DNA of 64,000 bases from the human T2T-CHM13v2.0 reference genome, Homo sapiens. The stretch lies in assembly GCF_009914755.1 (NCBI RefSeq), contig NC_060933.1. One strand, written 5' to 3'. This document shows positions 55,131-64,000 of this stretch, piece by piece. The notes under the pieces were generated by a model. That model ran no database searches. It was not told the origin of the DNA and saw nothing but the letters and a program-made list of their open reading frames with translations. Both the position numbers and the translations under genes were made by a program. Position 1 is the first letter of the stretch. Every line of letters begins with the position of its first letter.

Positions 55131-57116
55131 ATCCAGTCAGAGAGAGCCTGGTGTGTGGGAGGCTGCTGGGTGGGGTGGGAGACTGCTATCCTGTGACCCT
55201 GCAGAGGCACCCACACGGGGAATGCGGCTCCAGGACCAAGAGGGAGGGTGACCATCACATCCTGTCCGAGTCCAGAGCCAGCGTCTCTGCCTTTTCCCCC
55301 AGGGCCTTTGCACATCCCCGCTGGTGCCAGGCAAGGTTCCGGCCACCGCAGCACATGCTCATCGAGAACACAGGCTGCGAGTGACATCTCTGACCCTCGG
55401 CTTCTTATTCTGTAGACTCCACCACTGTCTCGGGGCATAATGGTGAGAGCTACACGAGACAACTGACATAAGACCTACCACCTTGCCTGTCACACAGTTG
55501 GTGCTCAATACATGCAAGCTCCCTGTCCCTGGGCGCAGAAAAAGAGACTGAGTCCTGGGAATGAAGAGGTGGAGGGAGGCCACTGGTGTGTGCAGGAGCC
55601 TCCAGACACAGCTGACATTCAACAGCCCACCCTGCCCCCAGCCCCAACGGGCTGAATGAGAGGCGTCAGAACCACTAATCCCCGGGTTCATTTCAGTGGC
55701 CCTCAAGTGTTCTCTATCTGAAAGTTATCATGGCAGAACCTCAACTAAAGGCAGAGAAGACACAATCTCCTCCACACATTGGTATTAGGTTTGACTATCA
55801 TGAACAGAAAATCCAAAGTTATAGTAGCTTAAGAGAGATCAAAATTTATTTCTCTTTCATATAAAAGATGCAGAGGTAGGAATGAAGGACCCCGGTCCTT
55901 CTGTCTTTCTGCTCAGCCTTCCTCAATCCACTGCTTCCATCCGGTGGTCAAAGATGGCTGCTTGAGCACCAGCCATCACAGCTGCCATTCCAGCAAGCAG
56001 GAAGTAGTACAAGTGGCAAAGAAGGGCTCACCATCTTCTATTTACATCACTTCCATGAAGTCCCATGTGGAATTTCTGCTGTGATGCCATTAGCCATACC
56101 AACCTGCACAGGAGGCTGGGAAATAGAGACTGCTCATGCATCCACCCATATGATTATGAGTAAGCATGCATGGAAGAGTGGGCCATAGGGATATAACCAT
56201 TCTCTGCTGCTCTTGCAGCCCGGGTGAGCACTGACCCCTTTTAGCCTCTGTGTGTATTTCCTTGTCATCACTCCTGAGCCATGATCAAATCTATTCTTGT
56301 TCTGGCTGGGTCTCCACCATCCTCAGGGGAGCAAAAGAAGGTGTCCTGAGCCCCAGATGGCCCAGACAGTGCAGCAGGGCCCAGGTCAGCAGGGGATGGC
56401 TGTGGTAATTAGTGGTGGATTCTTAGGGAGAAGGGTTCACATCTCAGCTGCTCCTGCTCCATGAGAACTGGGTCTCTCTCCAGAGCTTCCCTGTGAGACA
56501 GATGCCTTTCCTCAGGGACCACACTCATTTCTGAAGCTCCCGCTATGCACTGACAGCTGTCTGTGAGGTCGTGTTGGTGCAGTGGGAAAAGCCCAAGACT
56601 TGGAGCTAGAAAGATGTGGGTTTGAATCCCAGCTCTGCCGCCTACTTGCTGTGTGACCTTATGAGGGGGTGAGGGTGGTCCTACCAGCTTGGCAGCCTCC
56701 GTTTCTTCATCTGTAAAGTGGGGAAAGGATTGTTGATGATGGAGGGGTGCTAGGAGTAGCAGCTGGACAGCACATCCACCTACTCCTCATGCATTTATGG
56801 AGCACCTCTTGTATGCCAGCATGTGCTTTGTCTCCAGGGATAGGAGCAAGAAGGTGGCCAGCCAGACAGAACTCCCTTGACTTTGGCCTAAGAGGGTGGA
56901 AAGGCAGTGGAAACAACCCCAAGGGGAAGTGTGCTACCAAGGAGTCCCGGATGTCCCAGAAGCCTGCCTAGGGCACCAGGAAGCCTGGGGTCAGGGCATG
57001 CCTCCTGGAGGAAGCTGCAGTCGCTGAGGCCTGAAGTCTGAATCGAGTCCCTTAGGCATTGCAGTAGGCAGCCTTGCAGTCCCTTCTACATGGACCAGGG
57101 TTGTGTGTGAACAATG

Positions 57117-57540
57117 TGTTTGAGTCTCTTAGGGCTGCCATGACAAAGTACCACAAACTGGGTGGCTTAAAACCACAAGAAGTTATTTTCTCACAGTTCT
57201 GGGGCCAGGCCAGGATCAGTGTGTTGGTCAGGTTGTTTCCTTCTAGGTGCTCTGACAGAGAATCCTTTCCATGTTTCTCTCCCAGCTGTCAGTAATCCTT
57301 GGCATTCCTTTGCTCCTAGAGGCATCACTCCAGTCTCTGTCTCCATTCTCACACAGCCCTCTGACTGTGTCCTCTGGGTATCTGTGTCCTCATGCAGCCT
57401 TTCTGTTAGAATGCCACTCATTGAATTTAGGACCCAGCCTAATCCAGTATGACCTCATCTTAACTAATTACATCTCTAAATACACTATTTTCAAATAAAT
57501 TCATATTCTGAGTTTCTGGGTACACCTGCATTTTGATGGA
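57117..57540 (-). mobile_element. MLT1C-like MaLR LTR
   Basis: agggctgccatgacaaagtaccacaaactgggtggcttaaaa...aatccagtatgacctcatcttaactaattacatct. Confidence 0.8.
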
Positions 57541-57542
57541 TA

Positions 57543-57843
57543 TTTTCTTTTTTTTAATTTTTGAGACGAGGTCTCACTCTGTCACCCAGGCTAGAGTGCA
57601 GTGGTGTGATTACAGCTCACTGCAGCCTCAACCTCCTGGGTTCAAGTGATCCTCCCACCTCAGTCTCCCTAGTAGCTAGGACTACAGGCATGTACCATCA
57701 TACTCAGCTGATTTCTAATTTTTTTGTAAAGACAGGGTTTTGCCATGTTGCCCACTCTGGTCTTGAACCCCTGGACTCAAGCATCCCACCCACCATGGCC
57801 TCCCAAAGTTCTGGGATTACAGGCATGAGCCACTGCACTCAGC
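57543..57843 (-). mobile_element. AluJ-type SINE
   Basis: Reverse-oriented Alu with cactgcagcctcaacctcctggg. Confidence 0.88.
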
Positions 57844-57879
57844 TTTGATGGATGTTTTCAAACCAATACACAACAGCAT

Positions 57880-58300
57880 ATGGCAGAGGTGATGGCATAT
57901 CACTTCCAAAATTAGGTTATAAAAGACTGCGTGCCTTCCATCTTAACTCTCTTTCTCAGATCACTCACTCTAGGGGAGGTTAGTCTCCATGTTGTAAGCC
58001 CTCTCAGAAGCCTGTGGAGAGGTCCACATGGTGAGAAGCTGAGGCCTCCAGCCAACAGCCATGGGAGTGAGTCCAAGCTCTGATCCAAGTCAGAAGCAGA
58101 TCCTCCAGTCTCAGTCAGGCCTTCAGATGAGACCACAGCCCTGGCTAACAGCTTACCTGCATCCTCACAATAGAACTAAGCCAGAGCCACCCAGCAAAGT
58201 TGCTCCTGCCTTCCAGATTCACAGGAACTGTGCAGTTATAAGTGTTTGTTGTTCTCAGTTGCTAGGTTTTAGGGTAATGTGTTATGCAGCCATAGTGAGA
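57880..58300 (+). mobile_element. MLT1E/F-like MaLR LTR
   Basis: gaggtccacatggtgagaagctgaggcctccagccaacagcc...gtaatgtgttatgcagc. Confidence 0.75.
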
Positions 58301-59440
58301 CAGCACAGATGAGGGGAGGGAAGGAGAATGCTCCAGGCACAGGGAAGAGCATGAGCAAGGCCTTGCACGCAGTGGAGTCTGAGAGGCTAGTGGGAATATG
58401 CCTGGAGGTGGGGCCAGAGCAGTTGGCCCTGGCCTGGAGGCTTCCTGACCAGGCCTGGCATCCAGCACATCCTCCATAAACAAAGCTGATCACTGACATT
58501 TCTAGGATGGGCTGCAGATGGTGCCTCTCCTCTAGCCTCCTGCACATTTTAGAGGAAATATCTTCCTTGACGACAGCATGGGGGTGTCCGTATTGCCCCT
58601 CCCTGTGCTGCCTTTTGTTTATGTCATGTTTTGTTATTTCTGGGTTCCCCGTTTACAGTCACCAGATGTTGGCTGCTTTTAACCCTGTTGGCTGGCACTA
58701 GTAGAGTTCTAAGGAAGAGACGCTGCCCAATGTTGCAGAGAGTTATAAATGAGTCCATTAAGGGAGGTGGATTTGCTAAAAGGTTGCCTTCGCTCCACCT
58801 GGTCCAAGCATCGCTCACATGATCGATGATTCCAGAGCCTTCAGACACGTCTTAAACTTTGGTGCATTTTTAATGCCTCAAAAGTTTCCAATTAAAGTCA
58901 AATGGCTCTTGGCAAAGTCCAAGACATTTTTACTAACTAAAATAAATACCTAAGCAGCCTCCACAGTTTATGACTTCACGCGGGTGAGGATAAGCAGTTA
59001 GGAGGTTGGGGTTAGGAACGTGTTAGGAATGGGAGGCCCAGGGAACTCATGAAAGTCTCCCAGAAAACAGTGCTGGCGTGGAGCTTTTTGAAAAGCACAC
59101 TTCCGCTTTTCATCTTCATCGGCCAGGGGAGAGGCAGGGGGTGATGTGGGAAAGGTCACAAGGAGGAAGGTGCCAGACCAAGGTCAGAGGGCTGCAGCCA
59201 GCTCCAGCTTTGCCATGTGTACTTTCTGAGCCTGTTTCTGCACTGAGCTCCTGGTGAGATTTAACTGAGCAGGTATGTGAGGTCTCTAGAAGGTGCCTGC
59301 CACAGGGAGTCCCCAGGGAGTCAGCAGTCAGGGCTATCACCCCTTCTGCAGGTGACCGCTTCACCTGATGGCCCCCAGCACTCGGAATGGCCAGATGCCT
59401 TCTCTCCTCTGCTTCCTCCTCACCCCTCTCATTTACATAC

Positions 59441-59578
59441 CTGGCAGGGCACATAAATTCCCAGGACACACACAGGTCTGATTTCAACAGCTTGTTGGTA
59501 TCTTGGAGGAGGAGCAGCTCTGAAGAGCTCAGTGTCTCATTATGAGAAGAGAAGCCCTTGCTTTAGAGTATTTAGTAC
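59441..59578 (-). pseudogene. Candidate pseudo-exon: (W)Y*IL*SKGFSSHNETLSSSELLLLQDTNKLLKSDLCVSWEFMCPA
   Basis: Acceptor ccttctag and donor CAG|gtatgt. 138 nt, symmetric phase 2-2, matching the phase-2 end of the previous block. Two stops. Confidence 0.4.
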
Positions 59579-59945
59579 CTAGAAGGTTCAGCTAGACTCC
59601 TGGACAAAGGGGAGGTCCCCTCCTTCTCTCCCAGCCTGAGGTGTTAGCCTTTCCTGGGAACCTCTCTTCTTCCCTGAAGGCTCTGCCTTTCTCTTGCTCA
59701 TTGACAATAGGAAGGCCACCCCCTTCCAGGAACCAAGAGTCCTACCGAAGGGGTAAGCAGGGCTAATGGGCCCCAGGTAGGGGTGTTCAGGAGGTTCCTC
59801 CAGGGAGCTGGTCTGGAAGGTGGAGGGGAGGGCAGCTCGGGCAGGGCCTGGCCCCACTGGGTGGGAAAGGCCAGTTCCTGGGGCAGCTGGCACTCCAGGC
59901 ACATGATCAGTATGCGTGGCTTGATCTGAGAGTGGGAAGACACAC

Positions 59946-60139
59946 CATCTCCCATGACGTTCCCTGTGTGCCTCCTTCTTTAAGAACTTGTGCATCAACG
60001 GGTCAAGACCAATGTAGGTCGACACTGCACGGAGAGGATCCAGTTTGCAAGCTGGGAATTTTGGGCAAGTTGCATGAACTCTTTCAGCTCAGAATCCTGG
60101 ACAATGCCAAAGTAGTGTTAACAGATGAGAAAGAAGTAT
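59946..60139 (-). pseudogene. Candidate pseudo-exon, RGS-domain C-terminal helices: YFFLIC*HYFGIVQDSELKEFMQLAQNSQLANWILSVQCR/x/YIGLDPLMHKFLKKEAHRERHGR
   Basis: Acceptor ccctgctgcag and donor ATG|gtgtgt. 194 nt, with one TAA (60118-60120) and an inferred 1-nt deletion near 60018. Pattern IC.xYF ... WI...Q......L.P....FL..E. Confidence 0.6.
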
Positions 60140-61845
60140 CTGCAGCAGGGCTGGGCAGGTTGTGGTGGCTGCACTTGGCAGGTCAGGTCCTGGGGGCAGT
60201 AGTTGGCCTGAGACCTCCATTCTCAGCAACCCACGGCCAGCGAGCCTCCTGACTCAGACTGAGGATACACCCTGCCTCAGGCCCTCTGTGAATCATACAA
60301 GTCCTCGAGACTGGGCTACGGGGTCCTGTGAGACCTGAGAAGACCCTGGCATAAGGAGGGCAGCCTAGCCAACCCTTCTGACTGCTGCCTGCCCGGCAAG
60401 GTCCCATCTGCACTCAGCAGGCTCAGAAGAGAGGGTGGTGTGACCACACTCTGCAGATGGCAATACTGGGGCACCAAAGGGACATGGTTTCTCCAAGGTC
60501 CCAGGGAAGGGCCGAGCTGGGGATTGAGACCAGCTGTGACACCACCCAGGCCACCTCTGCTGTGCTGGGTCTGCCCTCTGACCACCCAGAGGCTGGGGTG
60601 AGCTCTAGCAGGCAGAAGTGGGCAGCATGGTGCCCAGCTCTGGCCAGCCCGGGCAACAACTGCTTCACAGAGCCAGAGTCCTGGACCTACGTGAGAGCCC
60701 AAGGATTGCTGGGCTGTCCCAGGGTACGGTGCTGGCTCTGACCACGGGGGTGCTGGGAGCTCTTCCAACACAGCAGCTGCTGACCACCTCCCGTGCTCAC
60801 CTTGCCAGACCCATGTGATACTCTGAGGTGCCCGGCCGCTCCTACACCCTCCCACTGAGCTCTCACAGGTGTGAGAACCCCTGCAGACCCCTGGTCCTCA
60901 TGTCCACATCCCCCACTAACTCCTCTTTCTGGGCCCTCCTCTGCCTGTGCCTCCTCACCCTGCACAGCATGTGTGGTTTCTTATTTTACCGCTATTTGTG
61001 GAGCCAGCACAGTGTGCCATGGGAGGAGCCCGGGTCCCTGTGGGGGTCATGGGGCCACATCCTGCAGCCAGTCCCAGGGCTTACCCATTGCCCAGCCCAG
61101 CCACAATTCCCACAGCCTCACTCCAGGTTCAGCATGTCCCTTAGAAGCAAGGGATTATCCACTGCACAGATGGGTTTTGAGGGGCATGTGACCAGATGGT
61201 GACAGCTGTGCCTCCTTGGTGCCACGCAAGGAGCACAGAGGATCTGACCTTTTGAGTCATCAGTATTGCTCTGTTCAGCCACTGTCCTAGGCATCCTAGG
61301 TGGGGGAACTTCTCCAAGGTCTGGGAGCTCAAGGATGCTGCCAGGGGACAAGGACAGCAGAACCTCCACTCCGGCCCTGGCATTCCCAAACCCCGTCACC
61401 CACTCTGTCCTGTGTGTGTGTGCCTGCATGTGTGTGTGCATGCGTGTGTGTGTGGCAGCTTGAGACAAAGAGACACTCCCAGCCTCTGGGGTTGTTGCTC
61501 AGGTTCCAACTCTGTCCCACCATGAGTTGCTGTCATTTCCTTAGACTCAGCTTCCCTCAGCAATATGGGGTAGCTAGAAGAATCGCTACAAGCAGACAGT
61601 GGGGAAACTGGGGCTCGGGGCTTGGGGCTCAGGGCTTTTCTGGGCCCAGGCTGCATCTGGTTGGAGCTGTGGGAGTCATAAAGAATGAAGTTGTGGCTCC
61701 AGAGAAAGACTGTACCATGGGATTTTATGAAAAGAAAAAATGCAAATGTTAATCTTGTTTCCTCACGAAAGAATCCTTGATGGGATCAGTCAATAGGGCC
61801 ATTCCATGGAGTGCACTGACTATTTCAAGGGGGCAGGGGCCTTAC

Positions 61846-61978
61846 CCTACTCCTTTTAAATATTTCTTCTATTTTTGAAACCTCCTTTTCCGGTTTTTCT
61901 TTGTTTTGAATTATAAATTGCTTAATTGCCCTTTTCTCTTGTTACTCTGTGGTGTTTGTAACTAATATTTTGACAATT
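61846..61978 (-). pseudogene. Candidate pseudo-exon: IVKILVTNTTE*QEKRAIKQFIIQNKEKPEKEVSKIEEIFKRSR
   Basis: Minus-strand acceptor ttctgtttcttggattttccag and donor AGG|gtaagg. 133 nt, phase 2 to 0, one in-frame TAA, charged helical composition. Confidence 0.6.
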
Positions 61979-62129
61979 CTGGAAAATCCAAGAAACAGAA
62001 CTAACAGTCCGAGGGTGCCAGGGTGGGCAAGGGTGTGAGCAACACAGGCTCCTGCCCCATGACTGGGTATGTGACTTGGCCCTGGCACTTGGAAACCGGT
62101 GTGACATCAGCTAGCAGAGCTAACAGATG

Positions 62130-62680
62130 CCTGCCCTAAACCCAGCAATTCCACTCCTGGGTGAGTCCCCACACATATGTACCCAGAGACAGGCACAAAA
62201 ATGCTCCCAGGAACTTTGTTCAGAGTAGCAAAGGAGTGAGGCAGCCTTTGGCAGTAGAGTGGACAAATTGTGTGAATTCATACAACAAAAACAACACATT
62301 GAGGACAAATTCATTACAGTTACATACTTAGCCATGTGTGAATCTTAAGAACATGATGTTGAGTGAAGAGGCCAGTCACAAAAAATATATATCACATGGT
62401 TCCATTTTTATCAAGTCTGAAAGTATGCAAAATTACACACTGCAGCATTTAGGGATGCAGACACACACGGTGAGATGAAATCTGAACAAACAAGGGAATT
62501 GTTAACACAGAATTAGGGTGGTGGTTACCTCTAGATTGAAGGGATGCCCACGGGCATTTCTATTTCTTAAGCCAAGTGATGGGGCATAGATGGGCATTTC
62601 TTAGTATTCTTTACCCCTTATATGTGTGTTATACATCATCATTCCTAAGACTTCACTATTATTGAAAATAATTGAGGAGT
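62130..62680 (+). mobile_element. Old L1 3' end fragment (L1ME-like)
   Basis: cccagcaattccactcctggg...atgatgttgagtgaagaggccagtcacaaaa...tccatttttatcaagt. Confidence 0.7.
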
Positions 62681-63339
62681 TTATTATTTTACTTCCCTTC
62701 ATGTGCTAACAGCCCAGGGGCCCACCCTGAGATACACAGCCCGGCTCACCTTCCTCCCTGCCTGCTGGCCTCACTCTCTCTTTTTCCCGCAGATCCTGGC
62801 CAAACAGGATGGCTTTGCTTTTCCTCTAGGGTCTAGCCAGAGGCCTCTCTACTGTAGCCATAGGGAAGACTCCCCGATCTCGTCCTCCACATCTGCTCTC
62901 AGAATGAACAAGGGATTCATGATAAAACATTCTGATTTAATATTCTCAGCGTGTCCTCCCTGTCCCATCAGTTCATTCTGGGTGTCCTGTCCTCTCTCTA
63001 CCCCTCCCAATACACCGGGAAAATGCTCCCGGAGGCTCCCAGTTAATAGTGGGGACGTCCTGACCAGAATGCAGATGCTTCACTTGGTGTCCTTGGCCCG
63101 GTCTTGCCAAGCATCCAGCCTGTCCCTGGGTGTGATCAGCTTCTCCTTCCCTGGGGTCCAGACCCTTCTTCCTAAGGCTCATCACCATCAGAACAGGCTG
63201 TGGAGCTGCTCTGCAGTCAGGACACAGGCCCTTGGGGGCGTCCCATGGCACTGGGTCTGTGGCTGTGATTGGCCAGAAACACAGGGGCTCAGTCCCCCAA
63301 GTAATGGGCACCCCATTTTTTTCAACACTGGGTGTTATG

Positions 63340-63800
63340 AGTTGAATAGCACTCAGTTATGAGTTGAATGACCCCCCACCAAATTTATGCTGAAGTGCTG
63401 ACCCCCAGGACCTCAGGATGTGACCTTATTTGGAAATAAGACTGTTGCACAGGTAATTTGTTAAGAAGCCGTACTAAAGCAGAGTGGGTCCTAATCCAAC
63501 ATGACATATTCTTACAGGAGGAGAGACATAGACACAGATCCATAGGGGGAAAAGGCCATGTGACCACAGAGGCAGAGATGAAGTGCTGCAGCCATAAGCC
63601 AAGGAACTCCAAGATTGCAGGTCACCACCAGAAGCTGGAAGAGGCATGAAGGATCTTCCCCTGGAGACTTCAGAGTGAGTGCGGCCCTGCTGACACCTTA
63701 ATTCCAGATTTGCAGGCTCCAGAACTGTGAGAATAAATTTCTATTTTTTTAAGACACCAAGTTTGTGGTGGTTTGTGACGGCAGCTCAGGAAACGAACAC
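63340..63800 (+). mobile_element. MLT1B/C-like MaLR LTR
   Basis: acctcaggatgtgaccttatttggaaataag...ctccagaactgtgagaataaatttc. Confidence 0.8.
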
Positions 63801-64000
63801 GCTGGCTATCTCATCACCAAATAAAGCTAAAACCACCTGAAATTCCATCACCCAGAGGAAATTGCAGCTTCTGACAGCCGCACCTCCCGAGTAGTTCCTG
63901 TGCATAGCCACTGCACTGATTTATAGCACCGAGGCGTGCTTCTCGGGCTGCTCTGAAACCTGCTTGCAGATATACGGTAGATATTTACACATGGATCTAC

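Noticed and set aside
60240-61340. Several more GT-AG bounded minus-strand blocks (~61249-61337, ~60959-61037, ~60555-60676)
   Set aside because: Splice-like sites exist, but I could not assign a consistent frame or phase. In GC-rich DNA these may be chance, so they are left out of the pseudogene model.
62703-63362. 219-aa plus-strand ORF with a strong acceptor at ~62792
   Set aside because: No matching donor or partner exons on the plus strand and no recognisable domain. The region could alternatively be a minus-strand linker exon; unresolved.

Overview
Primate, almost certainly human, genomic DNA. Bases 1-13.1 kb hold the last seven coding exons and the ~1.9 kb 3' UTR of PHF2 (JmjC/PHD histone demethylase, + strand). 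All PHF2 splice sites are GT-AG and the exon phases join cleanly. The long intron carries a 1.5 kb G-rich VNTR, and the penultimate exon has four TTPAS units, probably the +15 nt allele. The other ~51 kb looks intergenic and is rich in old repeats (nested L1s, Alus, MaLR/MLT LTRs, Tigger1, MER3, L2/MIR, STRs). The unique DNA between those repeats contains a chain of minus-strand exon-like blocks at about 62, 60, 59.5, 46, 44, 43, 41.5, 19.3-17.5 and 16.6 kb. They have canonical splice sites, mostly compatible phases and protein-like translations broken by scattered stops and frameshifts. Two blocks resemble helices of the divergent RGS domains of the RGSL1/RGS22 type. My main hypothesis is a decayed multi-exon gene (unitary pseudogene, or a lncRNA derived from one) lying tail-to-tail with PHF2. 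No database search was run; family and subfamily calls come from recalled motifs.
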